NCBI GenBank assembly: GCA_002269645.1
Contig: NIVC01000860.1
Coordinates: 1-64,000, forward strand
Origin: Macrostomum lignano
Lineage: Eukaryota
DNA: 64,000 bases
Direction of reading: 5' to 3'
In this document: in pieces, positions 41,014 through 54,010 of the stretch
Numbering within the stretch: position 1 is the first letter of the stretch
Layout of the letters: each line of letters opens with the position of its first letter
Notes under the pieces: model-generated
The model's input: only the letters and a program-made list of their open reading frames with translations
What the model was told of the DNA's origin: nothing
Database searches by the model: none
Position numbers and translations under genes: made by a program

Positions 41014-41868
41014 GCCAGAAGCAATCAGCCAGTCAGAGCGGAATGAGCTTTGGTGCCGCGAGGCACATCGTTGACTCGCATTGATCATCTGGCTAAACAG
41101 GGAGAATTACTAGCTAAACAGGGCTAAACAGGAGTAAAAGTATCTGTGATGTTGAATAGATGCAGGTGCATGTACATGTACCTGCTGTACCTGCTTAGCT
41201 GCGCCAGTGTTTTATTTCTAGTTTTATATGAAAATACGATAGATTAGAAAAATAGATACATGATGGAGTGGCGCACACAGGCATTGAAGTCGATAAAAAA
41301 ACTCAAACTGACTGGTGCCCTCGAACCCCGGACCTCTTTCTCCCTATCCTCGATCGGGACTCGAACTTCTGGCCCATAGTTGAGCAAAGTTGGTCGGGCG
41401 GAGCTAAAGAAGCATTGCGAAGTCATAATTGGTCCTGTCAATCTTTTTGCGATGCCAGATAAGTCTTAAATATAGATATAAAGTCGAAACAATCATTCTG
41501 AGTTTTGTTTTATTTTTTTTATTTAGCATGACTAAACTTGTCCATAGATTTAGGTAAAAAAGATAAGCGTTAAGTTGATTACATCAAAGAGAATATACGG
41601 TTAACAATTTTGAGTAGCTAGCATGCTTTACTATTAAAAGGAGTACGATTATACTAAGAATATGGGAGTAACATTTTGCAGGAAATAATTTATACTTCTT
41701 ACGGTAGCTATAACTTTTTATGCTTTAATTAAAAGAGAGGTTAAAACAGAGAAAAAGCTTTTATAGTATCTTTTAAAATCAGAAGAAGTTATTCAATAGC
41801 AAGTTTGTTTCATGGTCTTCTTCTCCCGCAGCGGACTCTGCCGCGGCAGTTCTCGGTGGCTGCGGCCG

Positions 41869-42198
41869 TCACTGCTTGCACACAGCGGCCAGCAGGGCCA
41901 GAGCCGCGGTCAGAAGGAGGCCGCTGGGACCGAACTGCCTCGGCGAGGAGTTGCACAGGTCGGTGTTGCAGCACCAGGTGTTGCTGGATTCCACGCAGGC
42001 AGAGGCAGCCGAGCGGCCGATGACGCCAGCCACATCAGCCTTGACGCAGTAGGTGCCGCTGGCTTTATCGGTGCTGCTGGACACGGTGCTGCAGGCGGCG
42101 CAGAAGTAGCAGTTGACGGCGTCGGCCGGGGCGGGCAGAAGGCAGACGGCGACCAGGAGGCCGAGAGTGGCCAGACGGAGCACTTGCTGACGCTGCAT
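41869..42198 (-). CDS. Ly6/uPAR (three-finger) GPI-anchored secreted protein, intronless
   Basis: Signal peptide, CYFC start, CCNTDLCN end motif, hydrophobic C-terminal GPI signal. Confidence 0.85.
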   Translation of the reverse strand: MQRQQVLRLATLGLLVAVCLLPAPADAVNCYFCAACSTVSSSTDKASGTYCVKADVAGVIGRSAASACVESSNTWCCNTDLCNSSPRQFGPSGLLLTAALALLAAVCKQ

Positions 42199-42294
42199 GC
42201 TGATGGCAGGTGATGCGTTGCTGAAACTGGGGGCTGCTTGAGGCGGTGCGTTGAGTCTGAGCTGGTTGAGGCCGCTCCGCTCCGGCGCTCCGAC

Positions 42295-42302
42295 TTAAAT
42301 AG
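42295..42302 (-). promoter_or_regulatory. TATA-like box of the Ly6 gene
   Basis: TATTTAAG on the minus strand about 100 bp upstream of the ATG in GC-rich context. Confidence 0.4.
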
Positions 42303-42469
42303 ACGCGAGCGGCGCCACCCCACGCAGCCCTCCGCCCCAAGCCCCGTTGCTAGGCCAAGAACTCTTGCTATATAGAAGTCTGGAGTAGTGAAGTCTCCAA
42401 TAGTCCAATCAATATCGTATTGCATACAATTACAACATCATAGCTGGTACACACACACATAAATATATA

Positions 42470-44113
42470 CAGCGGCGCACAATGAATTAAGACCACCTAA
42501 CATAAATTTGAACGTTAAATTTCATACCCTGCACAGATTGCGGGAGCATTTTAATCTAATCAGTTATAAATAATAACCCTGGTATTAATCAGTTAAATAA
42601 ATGATGTGTTGGGTAATTATTTACAATTGAGTGTTTGATTGGAGTCCCTTCTCTCACTTTCGAATTTGATAAGTCACAGGTGATAAGACCAGTTAATTAA
42701 TTGGGCTAAAAGGTGCCTTAACAGTGGCACTGCTGATTCTGCAAGGCCAAAACATCTAATTCAATACTACTCCAAGCCAAAATTATCTCTAACTCTCCAA
42801 GAATAGGGAAAGGCAGAGCTCTATCGCCTGAGTCGTGTAGGAAAATCAGGGCCCCGTTCGACCAAAGGAGTTTCCCAGCGTACCAAAGCCACGCGTCCAG
42901 CAAGCACACAGGCGCCTCAGCAGCACTGACAGCACAGGCTGTGCCATAAGACCTGGCAGGGCACCGAAAACTGACCTCCGACTGGATCGACAAATTGTGC
43001 AAATGTCCGAGTCCAACCGTCGGCTCACCACTGTGGACATCAGCCGTGAACTTCTGGTGTCCAGTGGTGTCCAGCTGCAGCCCATGACTGTCCGCCGCCG
43101 TCTGGTAGCTGCTGGACTGCATGGCCGCATTGCTAGGAAGAAGCAACTTATCTCCGACAAGACCGGAAGCGGCGCTTGAACTGGGCGAAGCAGCATGCAA
43201 GCTGGACACCCCAGGACTTGGCCGAAATCATCTGGAGTGACGCGAGCAAATCTTCCCGCACTGGTTCTGATGGCCGCTGGTATGTGCGCCGCCGAGCTGG
43301 TGAGGAATTCGATACCAGGTGCCCGTTGGTACCATGAAGCATGGAGGTGGCAATGTCATGGTGTGGGCTGCATTCTCCAGAGCTCGACCTGGGCCAATAA
43401 CTTGCATTGAGGGCATTTTGGACAGTCAGAAGTACTGACATCCTCAGCAGCTACCTACCAGAGGCAGCAGATGCGCTGCCACTGGGTGCAGTGAACAGCT
43501 GCCAGTTTCAGCAGGACAACGATCCCGAAGCACATCTCCAAGGTTGTGAAGGCATGGCTTGCTGAGAACAACATCCGCACCATGGACTGGCCCCAGCGCA
43601 GTCACCGGATCTCAATCCAATTGGGTCGAATTGGGTCCAATTGGGAACTGGGTCGAGCGGGACATCCAGATGCAGCAGCCAGCTTCCCTTGATCAGCTGT
43701 ACCGTATTATGGAGGACTCGTGGGCTGCCATCCCCGGCAGAAGTGTGCCAGAAACTGGTGTACAGCATGCCTAGGCGGTGCAATGCTGTGATTAAGTCAA
43801 AAGGCCATGCTACAAAGTATTGGAGTACGAGCTAGTTTTTGGATATCAGTGGCATTTGCTGCTTTACTTATTTCCCTAGTATTTATATATGGTCTTATTT
43901 CAATGTTAAAACCTAAAACTGTACTTCCCCCAATCAAATATCAGCTTTTTGAACTAAAAATTGCTGGAAAGGGAACCAAAACATCATACAAATAACATAA
44001 AGTAGCTATTATTCCTTACAAGTTTTACTTCCAATTTAGAACTTCAAATTAGCTTGAAGACACGTATGCCAAAAATTAAATTATTTAACTTAGTGATCTT
44101 AATTCATTGTGCG
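42470..44113 (+). mobile_element. Tc1-family DNA transposon, decayed transposase
   Basis: Left TIR TA|CAGCGGCGCACAATGAATTAAGACCAC; right GTGATCTTAATTCATTGTGCG|TA. Frameshifted transposase: TVRRRL..GLHGRIARKK, IWSDASK, KHGGGNVMVW, FQQDND, SPDLNPI. Confidence 0.88.
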
Positions 44114-44784
44114 TAAAAAGTCGACTCTGATTTGCAATACAATTTTACAACTACCAAGTTGCATATTGTGACAAACGTATCCTTGCGAGCACAGCTGCTG
44201 CTTCCAGACCAGCATTAAGATCTCCTTTTCCTCTCTCATCTCCCCTTAATCCCCGTGAGTTCTCCTATGCGTTGTCATGACGACTTAACAACCAATCCAC
44301 TTTCCCTATGCCTAACTCTTGCCACTGTTAAATGGTCTCTTTGCCTGCTGTCTCACAGAAGCAGCCCCACCCCATGGGCCATCATAGCAGGACTTTGTTT
44401 CCTGCACACGTAATTGCCAAGAAATTCTCTTCTTGTTTCTCCGCCTCCTACTTCAGTCATATTCCCGCAGCCAACTGCATGCCCCCCCCCCCTACCCTTC
44501 TACGTTTCATTTTCATTCTATCAAGGATTTCTATGAGATTTGCCACAATAATTCTGAATACATCTTCTACACCAGTTTTCAGTCTATTCCAACAGTTTTG
44601 ACAAGCCCTATTCAGTCATAAAATCAAAATTCAGTCTTCGATCTTTTCTTTTTTTATTCTATCTTTGTTTGGCCTGTTGAACAGGTAAAATTATGTATGT
44701 TCAGATGTCTAAAGTGCATATCGGATTTGCTGAATTAGACTGGAAAAACATGTACTAAAAAGCTTTCTGCTGTTCATTTGTCTG

Positions 44785-44905
44785 CGAGCTACATTTACTA
44801 CTCTACTTTACTCTCTACTCTACTCTACTCTACTCGACTCTACTGTACTCTACTCTACTCTACCATACTATACTCTACTCTACTCCACTCTACTCTACTC
44901 TACTC
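44785..44905. repeat. (CTACT)n pentanucleotide repeat
   Basis: Tandem repeat. Confidence 0.9.
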
Positions 44906-45369
44906 ACACAGTCCGCCATTGGCAATGCAAATGGGAAATATACATATTCGCAGAGTGCGCAAAGGAACTGGGAGCTAAAAATACGCTGGAGTCACACAGA
45001 AACGCCCCAGCTAGTTCTCAGTACAGCAGTGTACGAGATTGATGGCCAGCGTCTGCAGTTGTCCTATTGATTCCGATTGATACTCGCACTCTGGCTAAAT
45101 GTATGGAGCAGCAAATGCGCACAGGCTGCTGGGTTGTCCTAGAAACAGGGGAGGGGACTCGGACAATGAGAGTTGCGGTCTCTAAATTGCCTGCCAACCT
45201 CCAGTGTCCCCGGTAGAGCTTGAACTGTATGAGATTGGAATAGGTGAACGCTACAGTGCATTGCAGTTCACTTATTAATTGTAGACGCTCACTTCTTTCT
45301 TAAAGGCTTGGCTAAGAATTATAATCTCCGATAAGCACTCAACCTACCTGGGCTTACTAACCTTTATAA

Positions 45370-46330
45370 CACAGCCTACTCTATCTACCACACCTACTAT
45401 CTACCACACTTACCCTATCTACCACATTTACCAGTCTACTACACTTGCTCGATCTACCACACTTGCCCTATCTACCACACTTACCCTATCTACCACATTT
45501 ACCCTCTACCACAACCTTACCCTATCTACCACACCTACTATCTACCACACTTACCCAATCTTCCGCACTTGCCCTATCTACCACACTTACCCTATCTACC
45601 ACACTTACCCTATCTACCACACTTGCCCTATCTACCACACTTACCCTATCTACCACACTTACCCTATCTACCACACTTACCCTATCTACCGCACTTGCCC
45701 TATACCACAACCTACCCTATGTACCACATTTATTCTACCTACCATACTTACCCTAGCTGTCACAACCTACCTATAGCCGACCATATCTACCTCACTTACA
45801 AGCCTACCACATCCTACCCTACCCACCAAGTCCTACTTTACCTACCACATCCTACCCTATCTACCACAGTCCAAGTACGTTGAGTACACCGCTAAACTCT
45901 AGTTCCCACCTACTCAGGAAGTGCTCTAGCTGTGACTAAGTGTCATTGTATCTTTTTTGTATTCCCCTAACCCACTTGAGCCCATGCAACTCATTGTCAA
46001 GTTTCTCTGTTCCACCTGGGACTAGGGAGAACAGTGACGTGTGCCAGCCTGCATGTCTGCCTGTCTTTAGGGCTGAATAGGCCCCAGAAAATTTCCCAGT
46101 CTTCTGCACTGCCGCTGCTCATCAATACAAAAAAATACTTGCAACGAAACTGCAGGGTGGTCGCCTGAGCAGAGATAGGGTCTGCTGTGCTGTGCATAAA
46201 GCTATTGTCTCTGCTCTGCTTAGAACTACACAACTTACCTGGGCCTACTACCCTGTCTACCACAGCCTAACCTGTCTACCGAAGCTTACCCTGTCTACCA
46301 CAGCTTCTACATCAGCCTAAAATAATTACC
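45370..46330 (+). repeat. 19-bp minisatellite family M (CTACCCTATCTACCACAGC-like), forward arrays 45370-45870 and 46240-46330
   Basis: Degenerate tandem repeat. Confidence 0.85.
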
Positions 46331-46399
46331 ACAAGCCTACAGTATCTACTACAGCCTCCTCTTTTACGATAAGCCTACACAATCTAGATAGGTAGATAG

Positions 46400-49300
46400 A
46401 TAGGGAAGGCTGTAGTAGATATGATGGGCTTTTGGTAGATGAGGTAGGCTTTGGTAATAGGGTAGGCTTGTGGTACATAGGATAGGGTGTGGTAGATAGG
46501 GTAGGCTGTGGAAGATAGGGTAGGCTGTGGTAGATAGGGTAGGCCGTGGTAGATAGGGTAGGCTGTGGTAGATAGGGTAGGCTGTGGTAGATATGGTAGG
46601 CTGTGGTAGATAGGCACTTGAAACAGTTTCGTAAAGCGCGGCCACTGCTGGCCTCTAGCCCATCTCCCGTTTTTGTTTCCATGACAACGCAGCAGTCTCT
46701 TCCCGGGCATTCCGCATTCACTGCCTCACTAGACTAGATGCGTATAGAGTTAGGGTAGGCAGTCCCCGCTCACCATTCTCACCTATTCCCGTGTATAGTG
46801 AAACGAAGCCAGAAGAAAGAAAGCATCCAATGTTTTCAGCACTAAATTTACAATATCTCACCTTCTGGACATCTAAGTGAAGCAATTGTTTTGTCCCAAG
46901 GTGCGCTCACAAGTTCATGAACTCAAAATACAGTTGAATTTCGCTTTCTAGTTCGGTTTCTGAGGGCTTCCGCCAAGGACAAATTCGGCCGAGAAAAAGC
47001 CCGACTGTCGTAGTCTGTGATAGATAGGGTAGGCTGTGATAGATAGGGTAGGCTGTGGTAGACAGGGTAGGCTGTGGTAGATAGGGTAGGCTGTGGTAGA
47101 TAGGGTAGGCTGTGGTAGACAGGGTAGGCTGTGGTAGATAGGGTAGGCTGTGGTAGACAGGGCAGTCTGTGATAGATAGGGTAGGCTGTGGTAGATAGGG
47201 TAGGCTGTGGTAGATAGGGTAGGCTGTGGTAGACAGGGTAGGCTGTGGTAGATAGGGTAGGCTGTGGTAGATAGGGTAGGCTGTGGTAGATAGGGTAGGC
47301 TGTGGTAGACAGGGTAGGCCGTGGTAGATAGGGTAGGCTGTGGTAGATAGGGTAGGCTGTGGTAGATATGGTAGGCTGTGGTAGATAGGCACTTGAAACA
47401 GTTTCGTAAAGCGCGGCCACTGCTGGCCTCTAGCCCATCTCCCGTTTTTGTTTCCATGACAACGCAGCAGTCTCTTCCCGGGCATTCCGCATTCACTGCC
47501 TCACTAGACTAGATGCGTATAGAGTTAGGGTAGGCAGTCCCCGCTCACCATTCTCACCTATTCCCGTGTATAGTGAAACGAAGCCAGAAGAAAGAAAGCA
47601 TCCAATGTTTTCAGCACTAAATTTACAATATCTCACCTTCTGGACATCTAAGTGAAGCAATTGTTTTGTCCCAAGGTGCGCTCACAAGTTCATGAACTCA
47701 AAATACAGTTGAATTTCGCTTTCTAGTTCGGTTTCTGAGGGCTTCCGCCAAGGACAAATTCGGCCGAGAAAAAGCCCGACTGTCGTAGTCTGTGATAGAT
47801 AGGGTAGGCTGTGATAGATAGGGTAGGCTGTGGTAGACAGGGTAGGCTGTGGTAGATAGGGTAGGCTGTGGTAGATAGGGTAGGCTGTGGTAGACAGGGT
47901 AGGCTGTGGTAGATAGGGTAGGCTGTGGTAGACAGGGCAGTCTGTGATAGATAGGGTAGGCTGTGGTAGATAGGGTAGGCTGTGGTAGATAGGGTAGGCT
48001 GTGGTAGACAGGGTAGGCTGTGGTAGATAGGGTAGGCTGTGGTAGATAGGGTAGGCTGTGGTAGATAGGGTAGGCTGTGGTAGACAGGGTAGGCTGTGGT
48101 AGATAGGGTAGGCTGTGGTAGATAGGATAGGCTGTGGTAGGTAGGGTAGGCTGTGATAGATAGGGTAGGCTGTGATAGATAGGGTAGGCTGTGGTAGATA
48201 GGATAGGCTGTGGTAGGTAGGGTAGGCTGTGGTAGATAGGATAGGCTGTGGTAGATAGGGTAGGCTGTGGTAGATAGGATAGGCTGTGGTAGGTAGGGTA
48301 GGCTGTGATAGATAGGGTAGGCTGTGATAGATAGGGTAGGCTGTGGTAGATAGGATAGGCTGTGGTAGGTAGGGTAGGCTGTGGTAGATACAGTAGGCGG
48401 TGGTAGGTAGGGTAGGCTGTGGTAGATAGGGTAGGTTGTGGTAGATAGGATAGGCTGTGGTAGATAGGATAGGCTGTGGTAGATAGGATAGGCTGTGGTA
48501 GATAGGGTAGGCTGTGGTAGATAGAATAGGCTGTGGTAGATAGGGTAGGCTGTGGTAGATAGGGTAGTCTGTGATAGATAGGATAGGCTGTGGTAGATAG
48601 GATAGGCTGAGGTAGACAGGGCAGTCTGTGATAGATAGGGTAGGCTGTGGTAGATAGGGCAGTCTGTGATAGATAGGGTAGTCTGTGATAGATAGGATAG
48701 GCTGTGGTAGATAGGGTAGGCTGTGGTAGATAGGATAGGCTGTGGTAGATAGGATAGGCTGTGGTAGACAGGGTAGGCTGTGGTAGATAGGGTAGGCTGT
48801 GGTAGATAGGATAGGCTGTGGTAGACAGGGTAGGCTGTGGTAGGTAGGGTAGGCTGTGGTAGATAGGGTAGTCTGTGGTAGATAGGGCAGTCTGTGATAG
48901 ATAGGGTAGTCTGTGATAGATAGGATAGGCTGTGGTAGACAGGGTAGGCTGTGGTAGGTAGGGTAGGCTGTGGTAGATAGGGTAGTCTGTGGTAGATAGG
49001 GCAGTCTGTGATAGATAGGGTAGTCTGTGATAGATAGGATAGGCTGTGGTAGACAGGGTAGTCTGTGGTAGATAGGGTAGGCTGTGGTAGGTAGGGTAGT
49101 CTGTGATAGATAGGATAGGCTGTGGTAGACAGGGTAGGCTGTGGTAGGTAGGGTAGGCTGTGGTAGATAGGGTAGTCTGTGGTAGATAGGGCAGTCTGTG
49201 ATAGATAGGGTAGTCTGTGATAGATAGGGCAGTCTGTGGTAGATAGAGTAGGCTGTGGTAAATAGGGTAGGCTGTGGTAGGTAGGGTAGGCTGCTGTAGT

Positions 49301-49682
49301 AGGTAGGGTAGTCTTTGGTAGATAGGGTAGTCTGTGGTAGATAGAGTAGGCTGTGGTAAATAGGGTAGTCTGTGGTAGATAGGGTAGGCTGTGGTAAATA
49401 GGGTAGGCTGTGGTAGATAGGGTAGGCTGTGGTAGATAGGGTAGGCTATGGTAGATAGGATAGTCTTTGGTAGATAGGGTAGGCCGTGGTAGGTAGGGTA
49501 GACTGTGGTAGATAGGGTAGGCTGTGGTAGATAGGATAGTCTTTGGTAGATAGGGTAGGCTGTGGTAGGTAGGGTAGGCTGTGGTAGATAGGGTAGGCTG
49601 TGGTAGATAGGATAGTCTTTGGTAGATAGGGTAGGCTGTGGTAGATAGGATAGTCTTTGGTAGATAGGGTAGGCTGTGGTAG
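46400..49682 (-). repeat. Family M arrays in reverse orientation, with two ~400-bp unique inserts (775-bp tandem duplication)
   Basis: GGTAGATAGGGTAGGCTGT arrays; the inserts 46612-47010 and 47387-47790 look identical by eye. Confidence 0.93.
46675..46688. promoter_or_regulatory. RFX X-box-like motif GTTTCCATGACAAC (also 47450, 51762; variants 50626, 56411)
   Basis: Fits the RTHNYYWTRRNRAC consensus. Function not shown. Confidence 0.4.
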
Positions 49683-50175
49683 ATCGATGACTGATCGAGC
49701 TGATTCCCTTCACAGAGACAGACAAGCAGGCACCCAGAACTGTCTGCAATCTCTTGTCGCGGTTCCGTGCCCCTCTCGCAGGCTCGGGAACGTCCTTCTG
49801 AAGCAAAATCGGATATTCGAGAGCTTGTCATGACCTCTAATTGCCACGGCTTCCTCGCCAGACACTTCCTACGAGTCGACCTCGAGAGTGAACTTTGCCC
49901 TTTTTGCGAACACGGCAAGGAAGATGCTCAGCACTTTGTTTGTCACTGGCCTTTCTTCACCAGAGACCGGCTACGCTACCTCGGGCCAAAACCGTCAATT
50001 AACGAGGTATGCCAGCCCGGCAGCATCACACGGCTCATCCAGTTCCTTCGGACGACAAGACGATCACCCTGCAGGACGGACTGGCGGACCACCTTGAATC
50101 TACCACAGCTCACCCAATCTGAACCCAAGTGCTCATTCAAGAAGAAACCTATCAGACAGGAAAGGTCTTAAAGAA
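49683..50175 (+). mobile_element. 3' fragment of a non-LTR retrotransposon (I/Loa/R1-group ORF2 C-terminus)
   Basis: CHGFLARHF...CPFCEHGKEDAQHFVCHWPFFTRDRLRYLG resembles the C-terminal CCHC zinc-knuckle region of RNase H-bearing LINEs. Confidence 0.65.
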
Positions 50176-50761
50176 CCGTCACAGAATTTAAGTTCTTGAA
50201 AAATGAATTCACCCCAGCATCTTTCGGTTCGATATCAGAATGCCCTGAGCTCAGAGGATGCAAAAGTTTTCTCTGGCAACACCTATGAGCTATCTATGAG
50301 CTACCATGCATATTGCTTCCCATTTACCACTGGGGCTACAACCCCATGCTCTCCCTCAGACCCTAACGCCACTCATCCATTGTTTTAAGCTACGGGATCG
50401 AAGCATGCAGCTTCAGTCTACCCTCTCTTTCCCTACGGGTACCGTGGAGAATGAACTCATCTATTTAGGAAAAGGGAAAGCAACAGGAGTGACGCATAGA
50501 AGCGCGATGATTCCTGCAGTGAACGCGGTTGGGTGGTCTGTGAGCGAGCGCTGAGGAGAGGAAGAGCCTAGACAGGAGTGGACGGTGAACACAAAAAATT
50601 TGAAAACCTTCGGTAGGGCCGCCGGGTCGCTATAGAAACGTTGTAGGCTTGAGGCCCGGGAGCGGCTGTCTAAAAATTCATACTTGCAGAAACTGGGCGG
50701 ACGCTGCCCGCTTAATTTGAATTTAAAGCACTTTAAGTCATTTAAACCACGCTTTTATATT

Positions 50762-51615
<854 letters not shown>

Positions 51616-52009
51616 CAGAAAAAATAGTAGATAGAGCTAAGACACTGAGCATGTGAGGAAAAGATGCGGTTGAGAGCGCCATAGCAAAATAGTCCACTGT
51701 AAGGCACTTGAAACAGTTCCGTGAAGCACCGGTGCTGGCCTCCAGCCCACCTTCAGTTTTTGTTTCCATGACAACGCAGCCTCTCCGCATTCACTGCTTC
51801 ACTAGAATAACCGCATGGCATTGTAGAGTTAGGATAGGCAGTCACTGCTCACCATTTCCACCTGCTCCAGCGTACAATAGAATGTAGCAGAATATCGGAA
51901 GTGCTCAATTCTTTTCAGCACTAAATTCACAATATCTCACGTTCTGGACTTCTGACTGTGCATAAAGATAAGAGTAGTTTGTCGTAGTTTGACAGTAACA
52001 GAAACAACT

Positions 52010-52335
52010 GTCCTGTCGCTTCTGCCTGTGTCGCTTCTGGCTGTGTCGCTTCTGCCTGGGTCGCTTCTGCCTGTGTCGCTTCTGCCTGTGTCGCTTCTGG
52101 CTTTGTCGCTTTTGCCTGTGTCGCTTCTGCCTGTGTCGCTTCTGGCTGTGTCGCTTTTGGCTGTGTCGCTTCTGACTGTGTCGCTTCTGCCTGTGTCGCT
52201 TCTGGCTGTGTCGCTTCTGGCTGTGTCGCTTTTGGCTGTGTCGCTTCTGACTTTGTCGCTTCTGCCTGTGTCGCTTCTGGCTGTGTCGCTTCTGCCTGTG
52301 TCGCTTCTGCCTGTGTCGCTTCTACCTGTGTCGCT
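52010..52335. repeat. 15-bp minisatellite (TGTCGCTTCTGSCTG)
   Basis: Tandem repeat. Confidence 0.93.
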
Positions 52336-52339
52336 GTGG

Positions 52340-53500
52340 TAGGGTGTAGATAGTGTAAGCTTGTGGTAGATAGTGTAGGCTTGTGGTAAGAAGTGTAGGC
52401 TTGTGGTAGATAGGGTAGGCTTGTGGTAAATAGTGTAGGCTTGTGGTAGATAGTGTAGGCTTGTGGTAAATAGTGCAGGTTTGTGGTAGGTAGGTTAGGC
52501 TTCTGGTAGATAGGTTAGGCTTGTCGTAAATAGTGCAGGTTTGTGGTAGGTAGGTTAGGCTTCTGGTAGATAGGTTAGGCTTGTGGTAAATAGTGCAGGT
52601 TTGTGGTAGATAGGTTAGGCTTGTGGTAGATAGGTTAGGCTTGTGGTAAATAGTGCAGGTTTGTGGTAGATAGGTAAGGCTTGTGGTAGATAGTGTAGGA
52701 TTGTGGTAAATAGTGCAGGCTTGTGGTAAATAGGTTAGGCTTGTGGTAGATAGTGTAGGCTTGTGGTAAATAGGGTAGTCTTGTGGTAAATAGTGTAGGT
52801 TTGTGGTAGATAGGTTAGGCTTGTGGTAGATAGGTTAGGCTTGTGGTAAATAGTGTAGGTTTGTGGTAGATAGGTTAGGCTTGTGGTAGATAGTGTAGGC
52901 TTGTGGTAAATAGTGCAGGCTTGTGGTAAATAGTGCAGGTTTGTGGTAGATAGGTTAGGCTTGTGGTAGATAGTGTAGGCTTGTGGTAAATAGTGCAGGC
53001 TTGTGGTAAATAGTGCAGGTTTGTGGTAAATAGTGTAGGCTTGTGGTAGATAGTGTAGGCTTGTGGTAAATAGTGCAGGCTTGTGGTAAATAGTGCAGGT
53101 TTGTGGTAGATAGGTTAGGCTTGTGGTAGATAGTGTAGGCTTGTGGTAAATAGTGCAGGCTTGTGGTAAATAGTGCAGGTTTGTGGTAAATAGTGTAGGC
53201 TTGTGGTAGATAGTGTAGGCTTGTGGTAGATAGGTTAGGCTTATGGTAGATAGTGTAGGCTTGTGGTAAATAGTGCAGGCTTGTGGTAAATAGTGAAGGC
53301 TTGTGGTAAATAGTGAAGGCTTGTGGTAAATAGGGTAGGCTTGTGGTAAATAGTGCAGGCTTGTGGTAAATAGTGAAGGCTTGTGGTAAATAGGGTAGGC
53401 TTGTGGTAAATAGTGTAGGCTTGTGGTAGATAGGTTAGGCTTGTGGTAAATAGTGCAGGTTTGTGGTAGATAGGGTAGGCTTGTGGTATGTAGGGTAGGC
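52340..53500 (-). repeat. 20-bp variant of family M, reverse orientation
   Basis: Unit GGTAGATAGTGTAGGCTTGT. Confidence 0.93.
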
Positions 53501-53640
53501 TTGTAGCTCGTAGATCGGGTTCGTGGCATTGGGCCTGTAAGAGAGCATCAGGTCGTATCCCCAGTGGTAAAAGGGAAGCAACATTTATGGTAGCTCAAAG
53601 ACATGATGAATTAGCGAGAAAATCCAAGATGGAATAAGGG

Positions 53641-54010
53641 GGGGCCGTAGCCCAGCGGTAGCGCAGCTGCTCTGGTGTGCCAGCGACCCAGGCTCGATTC
53701 CAAGTGCAGTCACATTAATTTGGGGCTGAATTGGAATCTCGGCTTGGCTCTGCTCGTGCAATTAACGGCCTTGAGAGCCAACCCCCCAAGGCGCAGTGAA
53801 GTGTACATGCCTAACGATAAAATAAATTTAGGGCCGCTGTACACTCCTGTGTGTGTGTGTGCCTATGCGTATGACTGCGTACGTATCCGCGCGCTTGTGT
53901 GCCTGCTCAGGGGAGTCGGCGGAATGGGCAGTAATGCCTCTCGCCGGTTGTGTGCCTATGTCGCTTAAATGCGCCAGGGCGCACTCAACCCCCCTGCCTC
54001 TAAAAAAAAA
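53641..54010 (+). mobile_element. tRNA-derived SINE family 2, copy B, with poly(A) tail
   Basis: GGGGCCGTAGCCCAGCGGTAG...GGCTCGATTCC head; body matches 15207-15480; A9 at the end. Confidence 0.75.

Noticed and set aside
41290-41400. Two GTTCGAG B-box-like words on the minus strand
   Set aside because: No A-box or cloverleaf and no second copy in the window.
41805-42425. Overlapping ORFs around the Ly6 gene, and antisense ORFs over COX6A, anillin, PDE9 and BEL
   Set aside because: GC-rich shadow frames of real coding sequence.
46400-49682. Repeat arrays with unique inserts resembling a CRISPR array
   Set aside because: Eukaryotic context, units are directly tandem, the inserts are ~400-bp duplicates of each other, and there are no cas genes.
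46326-49918. ORFs of 702 and 731 aa (STTAYPIYHSLPYLPQPTL repeats)
   Set aside because: The 19-bp unit read through three frames; no evidence of coding.
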